From Anolis carolinensis (lineage: Eukaryota), in assembly GCF_035594765.1 (NCBI RefSeq), contig NC_085843.1, positions 145,305,971 to 145,369,970 on the forward strand: 64,000 nucleotides of DNA, in the 5' to 3' direction. Position 1 is the stretch's first letter, and each line of letters opens with the position of its first letter. Made by a program: the position numbers and the translations under genes. The notes beneath the pieces are model-generated. The model made no database searches. It was not told where the DNA came from and saw only the letters and a program-made list of their open reading frames with translations. This document shows positions 11,311-23,603 of this stretch, piece by piece.

Positions 11311-12894
11311 CAAATGAAAACGGCAAAATGCCTCCTGCTTTGAGTAACTTCTTAGTAAACAAAATGAGTGGTTATCTGAAAACGGAACCAAAAGCACATG
11401 CTTTTTGGCCAAATTGCATAAGCCTAACATTCATCAATATTAATCGATCTCGATGTAAATTAAAGAGTATTGGTACTCTATTTAAGTCATCTTTTTTTCT
11501 TTTCTTTTTTTTTTAAAAAATGATGCTCCCTGGGAGTACAAATGAGAATGCAGGAAATGCATCAGAACAATATGTATTCTCCCAGTGTTGCTTCTATCAG
11601 TGGTTTGCCTGGTTTTAGATCTTGTAAGCAGATACAAGGCAAGAGCCCTCATAAATTTCTCAACTAATTTCTTGATTTTGTAGCAAGGCTTTTACCGACT
11701 TACAAATTCATGCAAGGGAACCTTGAGGAAATAACAGGATTAGATATTCTGAACTGCTTTACAGCATGACATAGAATATGAAGCAAGAGCAGAAAACAAT
11801 GTTTAAAGTGCAAGTTTAGCCAGCTTTGATCAGTAGCAGCATTTTCTTGGCTGAGGTTGTAGTTGTCCTCAAGGCAGCATAAGTACTGAAAATGTATAGG
11901 CAATTTGTGAATACAATTTTTATTACTAAGTTATGACAGTGGTATCACTAATTATGAAGTGTTTAAAGATTTCTTCAATCTTAGAATTAGAATAAGCAAC
12001 ATTATTGGGAAGGTTTGTGTTTTCCACCACATTCGCCTGTAGCATGACAGAGAGAGGAAGATATTTTCCTGTAAAAAAAAAAAAAAGAAAAGAAAAGTGC
12101 AGGTCACAAGTTTGCTTTGTGTTCAAACTAATTAATGATACTTGAGAACCTTTTAAGAAATAGCAATATTTTGAAACCAAGGCATGTTTTCACTGGACAC
12201 CTTATTTTTAGGCAAGTCCTTGAGCTTACCATTACTTTCACTACCTTACCACGTTTTTGTGGAATAGCAGCAGATGGAGAGGGAAGCTGCTGGGAAAAGA
12301 CACTTCCAAGGAGAGTAAGCAGTCTGAATTCAAGAAATCCATGCACATCGCATTTACAGGAAAAAAAATCTCACACCAACAAGCCACTGAAATTCAGTGG
12401 CAGCAGGAAATTTGCCTTGGAGTTTCAGGGACCAATGTAACCCTACCTTAGGGTCACTTTGAAGCATGAAGTCAAATTAACATATGCCACCTGTATCACA
12501 GTATGCTAATAGGATTTAATAAGGGCACAGTGGCTATCTGACTAACAGTTGCTGCAAGTTAATTATGAGAAAGGAAAGTTGTCTTCATAATATAATTTGA
12601 GAAATCTGTCAATTGTTGGTTTTTTTCACACACATGAGGTTTTTAAAGCTCCAACTTCTTCTTGTCCTTAATACAAAGAACTATATACATTTGGTAAATT
12701 ATTTTCAAAAAAACAGAAATGAGACCCTTTACCCTCTGCTCAAACCAAATTCAAGAAGTATGACTATTCTTCACAATAAAGAGAAATATGTGGTGACTTT
12801 ATAGCAGATGGATGTTAAAGGATGAACATCCCAAACCCCCCCCCCTCTCAAAAAACAGAGGCCACAACCCTAATTCGGCCTCACAAGCATGATG

Positions 12895-13240
12895 AATGTA
12901 GAGAAGACAGATAAGGAGAAGTTTATCTTTCTCTCGCTCATAATACTAGAGGTTCACTTCAGGGTCATCCACTGGAGCAGACTGACTGGAAGTTCAGAAC
13001 AGATTACAAAAAGTAATTCATAATTGTATAGTTAAAAACCTGGAACAACTTGGATGGTTTTAAAATGCGATTAGAGAAATTCATGGAGGAAAAGGCTATC
13101 ATCAATAGCTTCTCGATATGTTGTATATAATCTCCATTGCCAGAGATTGCCACTCTGTTGGTGGGTTCCCCATAAGCATTTTGCTGATCTTTGTGAACAA
13201 CATGTTAGACTGAACAACATGGTTTCCCTTATGTTCTTAC
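12895..13240 (+). mobile_element. CR1 LINE 3' end, old
   Basis: CR1-type 3' ORF2 text (CATAATACTAGA..GGTCATCCACTG..GATGGTTTTAAA..TTAGAGAAATTCATGGAGGAAAAGGCTATC). Confidence 0.6.
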
Positions 13241-14122
13241 GAAATACTCTGGTGGAAACACAAGCAGCAAGGACTATGATTTTAAAAGGATTTAAAAGCC
13301 CAATGATAAACTCATTGAAGGGAAACCTGGTGATTGTGTGTTTATAAGGAGAAGCCATTTGCGTCTCCTTATAAGCCCACAAGGGATAGAATATTATATT
13401 TTCTGAAAGAGTTCTATGTATTTCTTACCAGTCATTATTTTGCAGCAGCTATTTGGCATCCATTTAGGCACACAGTTCCCCAGGCAACGTGATACACAGA
13501 GAAACATGAATTCTAACTCCCATGCTCATAATAACAGGACACATTGTTGTGAAAGAGTAAGCCAAGGACACAATCTGCATGCATACATTCACTTTGAGCC
13601 CATCCCCACAGTGATAAAATGCAACTGGAACTGGTATAAGAATGCCAGCTACGAGCTTCATAATGTCTATACTAGGCTCTTTAAGCCACCTCCACCTCTG
13701 GAGACTAGCCACCCATCCCAGCCCTGCTAAAGCCAGTTTGGAAGGGAAGAGCATCATCTGGCTTTCCTACCTGCATCCCCGTTTCAGCAAAAAAACTACG
13801 GAAAACTGTGCCTTACCATTGCTTAAGGTTCTTCCTTTCCTGCATCTCTATCATTAGGCAGCAATGGAACCCAAAAGCAGGAAGCCCTCTTCCTTCCTCC
13901 AAAGCTCCTGTAAGTTTTGCATGAGGCAGATTCAGGAAGGGAAGAAGCTGCAGACATGATAAGTTTTGCCTGGAATGGGGGTGCTGGAGGGTAGGAGGAA
14001 ACTGCCATTTCCCTTTCCTAAGCTGCCTGAGTTCAGGGAGTACAGGATGCATATGGGAATATGATCGGGGATCATCCATGCCAATCAGAGATGACAGTCT
14101 TGTCAGAGTATTTGCAGCACAG

Positions 14123-14499
14123 CAGTAGTTGGATGGAATCAGTGGAACGCAGAATGAAGTGACACCCAGAGACTTTAGTAAAACTATATACAAAGTTTTA
14201 TTGTACAAGACAAACAGACTTGCAGACAATAGACACAGGACTTGACTCTCACTCTAGGCAGACAGCACTGAACTCAGAACTGAACTGATGTAATCAGTAA
14301 TGCATACACACACTTGTGTCTGGACACTCCCCAGCTCCAGCCACACATCAAGGTCATCACAGCTTCTCAGCAATTAACTCTTTCCAGACTATATTACACT
14401 CTGGATGATGCAATCAGTATGCAATACAGGCAAGACACAAATTGCATTTAAACACTATCAATACACATATCCCACATTAATAAGTCTCCACTGCCAAAA
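14123..14499 (-). mobile_element. Possible solo LTR
   Basis: Minus strand starts TGTTTTGGCAG; AATAAA on minus near 14197-14202; imperfect ACAGC/CCAGC flanks. Confidence 0.3.
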
Positions 14500-15649
14500 C
14501 ACCAGCACAGTTAAGATAATCCTGGAAGATTCAGACATTTGCTAATGGCTTTTTAACCTGTGGGCAAGCTGGATTAAATGACTTGCTCTGGGTTGAAGCA
14601 CATTTACCTGTGTGTGTGATATGGATGAACCAGGCTAATGTGTTTCCTACACTATATGGAAGTGTGGATGTAGTCATACAAACTAACTGACCCCAATGAT
14701 CATACAGAGAGACCATACCTATTGTAGAATATCAGGAAGAGGCAAGAATCACAACCCGACTCCACCACACTGCTTGAATGGATATCAACAGTCAAGCAAC
14801 CACTAGCCAGCTTCTTTAGAAACATCTACCCAGTTTTTTGCCCTTAAAATTACAATTATTTAATGGGAAATTAAGTCCACGTTGGCCTCAAAGGCCATTG
14901 TTCACAAGAGCCTCTATATCCTGTGGCCCAATGTGCTGGTTTAAATAATGCATAAAAGAACATATTCACCAAATGTTTTGCTGCTTTTTTTAACTGCCCA
15001 CTAACATATGTGACCAAGTAGCCAAGTAGCCACCTCATCTGTCCAACACTAGGGCCCCATCCATATTGCAACATGATGCAGTTTAATGCTTTTTTTTTAC
15101 TTGGGCATCAAAACAAAATGCTCTGCCTTGGATCTGTGGTGAGGAGAAAGCCCAGTCTACTCCCTCATCATTGATCTCATGGTTGGGCACCCCAATCCTG
15201 ATTGTAAACATGTAGCAAGACAAAGCAACAGACTGAATTTTCCTTGAAACTGTGGATCAAAAGCTTTGGTATATCATATTAAAGTCTAAAAGAAGCACTT
15301 TCACCACCGAAAAAGCAATGGGGTATGTATCAGGATGAAGGAAATTAAATGGTGAGTATATTTTTGTTTGTCCATATAGACAGACAAAAGATTTTCAAAG
15401 ATGTGACAATCATGAGAATAGCAACCAGAAAGAAAAAGGTGAAAGTCAACCTGAGAAAAAAGCAACTGTATTTAAAAAATCAAGGATCATTTTATTCATC
15501 ATATAATAGCACTAAATGCTAAAATAATTCTAGCAATTTTGTTTCCACTTTGAGAAAATCTGAAAAAACTGCTGCTCACGAGTACCATTCACACTTCCAG
15601 ATTATCATTATACCTTCAAGTCATTTCCAAGATAAAGTGTCTACTATGG

Positions 15650-15772
15650 GACTCTCAGAAGATTTGTTTAAGGGATGGGGGTTGCCTTTGCCTTCCTCTG
15701 AGGCTGAGAAAATGTGGTTTGCCCAAGATCACTGACTGGTCTGATGTTCAAACCACTGCATCATGCTGGCTC
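15650..15772 (-). mobile_element. Old tRNA-derived (MIR-like) SINE fragment
   Basis: CTGAGGCTGAGA..TTGCCCAAG..CAAACCACT..CATGCTGGCTC; a related fragment lies at ~16965-17052. Confidence 0.45.
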
Positions 15773-16256
15773 TTAATTCAAGGCTTATCCTGCTGAAAAA
15801 TTGAACACTATGAGTGCAAACATAAAAATTGATTTCACTATTGATTTCATTGTGAAATATTCACTCCTTTATAATATTTTAAGCAATTATCCCAAACAAG
15901 CCAAAATAGACATAGCCTAGATGTATAAAAGCAATGAAACAAGTTATTTGTCATGTAACTTAGAGAACATTATGTTCATTGTCACTTGACAATTTTTTTC
16001 AAATTTATTTGAACTGAAAGCAATTCACTTATATTTGATTTTGTGACTATACTCTTTTTAGAAATAGTTTATCCCCAAAATTGAGATTCAAAAGGGCTCA
16101 CTGTTTTTTTTTTAAACAAAAAAAAAAGATAAAAGTGAGCATTAAAATAAAATTTTACTATCCCCAGTATGAGAACAACTCAAATCCAGACTTAAAATAA
16201 CAAAATACTTTTTAAAAGATAAAAAGTGATTAAAACAAAGTCAAAGCTGTGCTTAC

Positions 16257-16870
16257 TAGGCATGCGCGATCCATGAAAAAAATGGTTCAGTACTAAAGTA
16301 GGGGGCACTGGCGCTTCGTTTCTGAAACTACTTCTGAATTTTGACCCAAAATGTTTTGAAACTTAATATTCAGAATATTTGTAATTAATTTGTTAATGGC
16401 AGACACGCATGCACAATGGCAAAAAACAGCACAGGGGAACTTTACAGGACTCTCCCACCCTCATTTTTTGACCTATCATCTTCAAACTTGGTACAGTGGT
16501 GGAACATATTTAACACTGCTAGCTCACCAAAATTCAGACATTTCCACTATCCTCTGATTTTTGGAGAATTTTCATAGCTTATATAAGAAACCATTTTTTA
16601 ATAATTGCAGAAATCTGTTCCTGGTTTGAAAGTCTTATTTCCTGTTTCATTCAGTTGTCTTCACTTTGAAAGTCATTGTTCTACTTCAGAAACTTTGTTT
16701 TTGTGGCTGAAATTTTGTTAAATTGGTGGACAGTGTCCCAGCAAACCATTATGTGCTATCATAGCACCATGTCCCTTGCACAAAGACAAAGTTTTGGCAA
16801 TGTTACATGTTTTGACATGTTTCTATGACAGAACCAATTAGGAAATGACATTTATCACCCAGGAACAGAA
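16257..16870. mobile_element. Non-autonomous hAT-like element, left end
   Basis: Starts TAGGCATGCGC, like the TAGG-TIR hAT copies at 22625, 43499 and 51525; internal AAACTTGG..CCAAAATT palindromes; right TIR not found. Confidence 0.5.
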
Positions 16871-17114
16871 ATCATAGTACAGCATCAAATCACTCCTGAC
16901 AGATGGCCACCAGCCTCTGAATAAGGAAATCTGTTCCTGGTTTGAAACTGTTTAATTGGGTTTTCTGGGGCTGAGAATGTGTGACTTTCCCAAGTGGGTT
17001 TCCATGGCTGAGTGGGGAATTAAGCCACAATTGGAGTCCAACACTCAAACCTCTCCCTCCCTCCCTCTCCCCCCTTTCACTGAACTTCTCATACCTTCCT
17101 AGAATTCACATGTA

Positions 17115-17869
17115 TGTCACACCTCAGACTAGTTCACCTTGCTGTAGACACCAGGCAGCACACAGTAGATAGTCTTTTGTAATTTTATTGAGCAAAAGCA
17201 GAATATATATAGTATCAAAGCAGGCAGAAATATAGTTCCAAAAGTAGTTGCAAAATAGAGTCAGTAAATCCAATAATCCATAGACAAGAAGCAATAGTCC
17301 ATTCCCAAAGATACACAAATCCAAAGGTTACAAGGATTCACAAACAAGAATATATCCAAAGCAGAAGTAGCATGAAGACATAGACCACCCACCCTGATGA
17401 AGCGAGAATTTGCTTTGACAAAGATTTGCCCTTCAACACACTGTTTTAAAAGTAACCCAAAAATGCATTCTTTTTCCCTTCACTGGCCTCCTTTTCCCCA
17501 GCTAATCTAAGACTTCTCCATGGCATTCCTTTCCATTATAAACTATCAGCCCAAGAGAGCAACAGGCGTTCAGACTCACCCTGACCATCAAGGCCAAACT
17601 CCTCATTACCGTTATCTTGCACCTGAGCCTGAGCCTGAGACAGATCAAGCTCCTTATTTCCCATGGGAATCTTTCCTTGGTTCTCATCTGTGACAAGCTG
17701 CATCTGGAACTCATCAACAGGCTGCACTTCTGAACCAGCCTGTGTCTGAATTCCATAATTCCCCACAGCATCATCCTGAAACTCATCATGCATCCCATCA
17801 TCTGACATCTGCATCTGTAATCCAAAATCCCCTTCCTCATCTTCACTCCGGAACTGCTGCTGAGTCACA
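17115..17869 (-). mobile_element. Solo LTR, family B (Gypsy-like), ~755 bp
   Basis: TG...CA termini; minus-strand AATAAA near 17184-17189; acidic ORF from LTR base 2; flanks ATGTA/ATATG match only 3 of 5. Confidence 0.8.
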
Positions 17870-17972
17870 ATATGAAAATTTGGTCAAGATGGTCAAGTGA
17901 GGACAAAAGGGGATGGGGAATGTCAAGAGGTCTGTTGGAAATGAGGCAAGTGGAGTGTATAGCATATGGCTT

Positions 17973-18379
17973 CTCGCTTCCCAGTAAATAAAGGGAAAAT
18001 TCAGAGGCTCTGTTCTCCTTCATTTTTAAAGCTATTGGGGTGAAATTTTCTATGATCACCGAAAATATTTACCACTCTTTTCCTATCAAGTTTCATAATG
18101 TTTCACCCATCAGCTGATTTTTTATGAATTTTCAAAGTTTTTTAAAACAACATTTTTTTTAAAAAAAAGGCCCTCGCCTCTCCCTCCCTCTTCCTTCAAC
18201 CCTGTTTGGCTTAGCCCAAGGCTTCTGGGAAATGTAGTTTAGTGCCAATGTGACATCTCCTCGCTTCCCAATAAATAAATGGGGAAGATTCAGAGGCTCC
18301 ATTCTCCTTCATTTTTAAAGCTATTGGGGTGAAATTTGCAACAATCGTGGAAAATATTTACCACTCTTTGCCTATCAAG
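17973..18379 (+). repeat. Direct repeat pair of ~118 bp (17973-18090 and 18261-18379), probably internal to a DNA transposon
   Basis: Both copies read TCGCTTCCCA.TAAATAAA..TTCAGAGGCTC..TTCTCCTTCATTTTTAAAGCTATTGGGGTGAAATTT..TTTACCACTCTTT.CCTATCAAG. Confidence 0.8.
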
Positions 18380-18808
18380 GCCCTGTTCTTGGTCCCACCT
18401 CTTTTACAGGTGCGCTTGGTGGGGATGAGAGACAGGGCCTTCTCAGTAGTGACCCCTCATCTATGGAACTTCCTTCCCAGTGAAATTAAATCACCGCCCT
18501 CCCTCCTGACCTTTAAAACCCCCTAAAAATGTAGCTACGGGACCAAGCCTTTGGTCAGTAATTTTTCTATCAGTGCAGTAAGGGATTACAAAAAAGTACA
18601 ATGATGAATGGAATATTTCTGAATTATGATCTTGGACTATGTGGTTTTAATTATTTGTTTTAATGTTTGATTTTTAAATTTTTGGATTTAAATATATTTG
18701 TTTATTTGTATGTGCGGTATCAAATTGTTGCCTATTGTAAGGTCGCTCTGAGTCCCCTTTGGATTGAGAAAGGTGGGGGTATAAATACGGCAAATAAATA
18801 AATAAATA
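18378..18808 (+). mobile_element. L2 3' end
   Basis: ALFLVPP..VRLVGMRDRAFSVVTPHLWN; 3' hairpin and (AAAT)n tail as in 48430-48881. Confidence 0.85.
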
Positions 18809-18879
18809 TGCATCATCCCTTAGCCTGTTCATTAAAAACTTCCTGTTTGAAAACCCTGTCGAAATAAAAATGATCTACC

Positions 18880-19200
18880 CTGCTGATAGGAGGACAGAAG
18901 TAAGGTGGCATTCAGTCCCTTTTGAGAAAGGGGTTCCACAGTCTAATGGCAGCCACCAGGAAGACTTTTGTGTTCCCACTAATTGCACTTTTGATGATGG
19001 CAGGACTGATAGCCTTGACCTGAGCCATATACGACTTTATAAGTCATAACAAGCACTTTGAATTGTTCCCAGAAACAAGCTGGCAGCAAGTAGACAGGGG
19101 TGTCATGTGTCCTCTTTACCTTATCCCAGTTATCACAACTATTGTGCAACTATTTAAACCAGATGAAGTTTATGAGCAGTCTTCAAATATATCTCTAAAT
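18880..19200 (-). mobile_element. L2 fragment, old
   Basis: Reverse complement of L2 ORF2 3' motifs (CTTTATAAGTCATAACAAGCACTTTGAATTG). Confidence 0.6.
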
Positions 19201-19289
19201 CTGGTTTGAAGGTTTACTACAAGCCAAACTGGGGGATGATGTCTTTTTAGAAGACATGACCACACATTCACTAAAGTTAGGTGTAATAG

Positions 19290-19858
19290 TAATGTGAGAT
19301 TTTAGCTATCCTGATATTTATTGGAAAACAAATTCTGCCAGGAATATGAAGTCCAACATATTCCTCACTTGCCTTGCAAACAATTTAATGGTCCAGAAGG
19401 TGGAAGAAGCAACAAGGGGATAAGCTAATTTAGATCTGATCTTAAGCAACAGTGATGTCCTGGTAAATGGGGTGGATGAACTGGGTTCCTTAGGTGGAGT
19501 GACCATGTTTTTGGGGAGTTTGTTATACAGCAGAAAGGGGAAGTCAAGTGTAGTCAACCATGTATTCTAGACTGTAAGAAATCTGACTTAAGTAAATTTA
19601 GGCAATAACTGAATGTCATTTCATGGTCAGGAACACTAAAAGAGAAAGAAGTTTATGATAGATAGGAGTTTCTGAAAAGTAAGATTATGAAGGCATGGCT
19701 TCAAACTGTTCCAATGAGGAAGAAAAACAGGAGGTGTCTAAATAGACCAGAATTGATGCCATGGGAACTTCAGTTAAGCTAAGATTTAAAAGAGGTTTGT
19801 GCAAGAAATGTAAAAAAGGAGAAATCACGAAAGAGGAATTCAAACAAATAGTCAGCAT
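19290..19858 (+). mobile_element. CR1 LINE ORF2 endonuclease/linker fragment
   Basis: Degenerate DF.YPDI.W..NSA..SN.FLTCLA.N..VQKVEEATRG..LDLIL..LG.SDH. Confidence 0.8.
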
Positions 19859-22069
19859 ATTAGATATTTGCATGTGTGCATATATGGTCCAGTGCATAAC
19901 AGATGTTTTTTTTTTAAAAAAAACAACCCTTCTGCTGGATGTCCCATGTCCACTCTCTATCTTGTTCCAATGCAAAAGAATGGTGGGGGAATAAATACTG
20001 GCATCCACATGTCTGTGTGGGGACATGTTTTCAGGTCCCAGGTTGTATTGTCCTCCATTAAAAACCTGCATTTTCGTGCTGCCTGGAAGCACCCTGGGTG
20101 GGGCAATACAATGAGGAAGTGGTATAAAATTCCCATGAGAAATAATGCGACTCTTAACAAGTCTCTAGGAAAGCTCAAAATTCCATGTGAGTGTTTCATT
20201 AGGAATACCTAACCTCTGGATTTCAGGTGACATATGAAAGTAATATTAATCCCAGATCTTTCTTAATTTTATTCTTGATGTCTATAAGAGGTCCAGTAAC
20301 AAGCAAGGCATCTAGTACTGAAAGAGGAAGAAAATACTATTTACATGGATTGTGAAATAAAAGGTTCCCAGCTGTGTAAAATCTCCCTAACAAATTTCAC
20401 TGGAAATTCTTTTTTGTGTCCTTCAAAATTTCTGTGATCTTCCATTCAGGCAGTGTGCTTCAAATTCACTTTGAAATGTTGCTTCAGGCAAAACTGGATA
20501 GGTCTTGAGAGTACATAATGGATGTTGAAGTTCCTTGAAGTTGCCTGCATATTGACCATAGAAATGTTGAACAATATAATGAGCAGACTTATACATATTT
20601 CTTCACAATAACTCAGTGACAACAATGTTAATAGCAAAACACTAAAAGAAGTCACTGAGTAGTTTTCAACAACTTTTTAAAAGAAACCCAACCTCAATGA
20701 CATGCTAATTTGGAAATCAAAGAGATAGCTGAATTGCTTTAGTTAAAGACCAGAATTTAATGGAAGCCAGCATATTACAGGTAAAACCATGAATTCGATT
20801 TCTTGAAAGGAAAGATCATTTTTGTCAATCAGTCCTGCTTTATCAGCTTGGTTTTGCCTTGCTAACATTGTATATAAAGAAGCCAGCTTCCCTAATATAT
20901 TAGCCTTCCAGAAGTTCATATTGTAACGGATTGTTAAGTGGTGCTTGAAAGTCATTAAATGGGCATAGCTTTAGCAAAATTTTGTATGGCTATCCTATAC
21001 CAAAACAAGTCTTCAGTAACAAAGTGAACCATTTTCATGAAAACTCCGTGGATGATTTCCTCACATATTTATAGCAATTGGATTATAACTTGTTTTAATC
21101 AGTTGTGGTGTAAATCTTGTTTGTCTCTCAAATAAGAGGGCTATACTATGTATACTATACTATTGGATCAAGGTTTTTGTATACACCATTTTAAAAATGA
21201 TTTTAGAATAAATAATAATAAAAATATACAGAATTCTGCTGTTTAGGCAGTCCTTTAATGAACCCAGATGATTGATAGGGTTTTCTATAAGTAAACAGCT
21301 ACACAGAAACAGTAAAATGGAGAAGAGTATTCATAGAATAACATTATGCTAATCCCAGGAAACTAATTCTGGTGATGTACTGCTGCTACTGCCTATGTTC
21401 CATTCACAAACACACAGAGAGACGAAAAAGCACCACAGAGACAATTCAAAAGTTTACTGCCACCTCATCCCAGTTTACAGTGAATCAAAGCAGGTCCAAT
21501 TACTTGGGGCACTCTAAAAGTTTGTTGGCTTCAGAAACAAGAAAAAATATCCATGTCTTTTGTATCTCAGTCCTCAAGTTATTTTGTGCAGCAGAGTAGA
21601 TAGAACAGCAGAATTCTATGCACATTAACCAAGAAATACATTTTACTGGATAAAAAAAGCTTACTTCCAGAAAGCATTGATAGTATTATGACCTGAATGT
21701 ATGAATATGTAAACTTTCCAGTTAGGAAGAAATGAGAATCATGTGGTTTGTGGTTTATAATTAAAGGTAATGTTGAAGATGAAATACAAATATATTTATT
21801 TTAATATAAAGATACAACCTCTGATGAATTTTCAATGGCAATAACTTAAGAACGTATAGACTTTTGCCCAATGGATTTCAAAAGAAATCATCTTAATCGA
21901 TTCAGAAGACAATGGCCAAGAACTAAATTTGTTGGGGCAGGGAGCCCAATCACAAGCCAACTACATGAGGTTCCCACATACACAGTTTAGTTTTCTTCAA
22001 GGCAATTCTCATTTTTATTCATTATCTTTCTAAATTGTGGTTAAACCCCTAACCATCCTCAAAGACTGC

Positions 22070-22109
<40 letters not shown>

Positions 22110-22333
22110 TCTATAGTATTTTAAGCAACTCCACATATGAACTTTCCCATAAAGATAAAATATAGAAAAACTCAAAAGTGTACTTCTAAATGTAAAACTC
22201 CTAGTGATACCAGACCAAAAACATTTTTCCAACTGAATAATGTTATTTATGTGTGAGAGTATGGATGAAACTGAAGAAAAAAGAAGGAAAACACAACAGA
22301 CCATGATAGTCTTGAAGCTCTGGGAAAATATAT

Positions 22334-22957
22334 GGGCCTTTCTACACTTATCTAAAATCTGGGAGGAAGTAGGTTAAAATAACCTTCCTACTCCTAGATT
22401 TGACTCCCCACCCCCTCCCACAACCCCAGGCTTTCTCCTGGTGGGTGACTAGATGCCATCCTGCAGCTCCCCATCCCCCCCCCCCCCAAAAAAAAAACAT
22501 ACCCAAGGGGCTTGTCAGCAGCTCAGACCCCTTCGTAGAGTAATTCAGATACTTGAAAAGAATGCGTCAGGAGGTGGGGAGGGAAATCCTTAGCTTAAAG
22601 TCCAAATCTTTTCCAGGCATTTAATAGGTGTGTGCACAACATCCAAAAATTGTACCATTTTTGGTTCAGTTTTCAGCTACATATGTTCCAATTTCTGGAA
22701 ATTCCTGAAATAAGAAGGAGGGGGTGCCATTTTTGTTTCAGTAAGATTTGGTCCATTGATTGTATCACTTGTAGACCACAAGCCTACCAAGTTTCAGAAC
22801 ATTTTACCAATCCACTGATTTTTACCATAACATTTTTTTAAAAAAATCCACAAGAGGGGGATTCTGGGAATTGAAGTCCCAACCAGCACACATCACAAAA
22901 AGGAAGAGAATTGACACAGTCAACCAGGCCTCTGATAGACTGAGAAAGAAACATGAG

Positions 22958-23008
<51 letters not shown>

Positions 23009-23603
23009 ACAACTCCATTCATGCCCCAGGAAGGAGCGCAGAGGCTCCTTCAATGCCTGTGCCATGCAAAATGCTCCTGGGAGAGTGATTTCCTGGCAGG
23101 GCCCTCTCTGGAGGAGAGGCCTAGGGAAGCCTCCCCCCCCCCTCTTTCTTTCTGGCCTTATTTGCCCCAAGCAGGCACTCTTCTGGGGAGTGAGGCTTAG
23201 GAAAGGAATGATGGAAGTGGCTGCTAAGAAAGCAAAAAGAGGAAAGCCACTGCTGCCATGTTCTTGCTCTTGCCTGATATCCAAGGTTGTTCACACGCTG
23301 CAGCATCCACCTCAGGAAGACTGCCACTGAGCCCCATCACCCTATTAGTCAAAAAATCTGGCTGCTTGTTATCTGTTCCAACTAAGCCTTCTGCTACCCC
23401 CCCCCCCCCCCGGATCATTTTCAGCAATCCAGAAGCCAGATTGCAGAATTTCCCTGAACCCTGAATTGTGAAACAGAATTGTGCACACCCCTAGTGTTTA
23501 ATTAACGCTGAGTACACCCAGTTTTCTCTGCATTAATTCGCATTTGAATGCCTCAGGTAAAAGCGAGACAGGTCTCACATTTTGGGCCTGTCTGGAAGGA
23601 CCC
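22334..23603. mobile_element. PIF/Harbinger-like MITE hosting a hAT element
   Basis: Imperfect TIRs GGGCCTTTCTACAC / GTCTGGAAGGACCC; 3-bp flanks TAT/TAA. Confidence 0.6.
22625..23493. mobile_element. Non-autonomous hAT element
   Basis: TIRs TAGGTGTGTGCACAA / TTGTGCACACCCCTA; 8-bp TSD GCATTTAA / GTGTTTAA; contains (GA)n at ~22962-23006. Confidence 0.85.

Noticed and set aside
20446-20655. ORF with a signal-peptide-like start
   Set aside because: Non-ATG start, no recognisable domain and no splice support.
22822-23330. Overlapping ORFs with SLSLSL / RERERE runs
   Set aside because: They are translations of a (GA)n microsatellite inside a hAT element.
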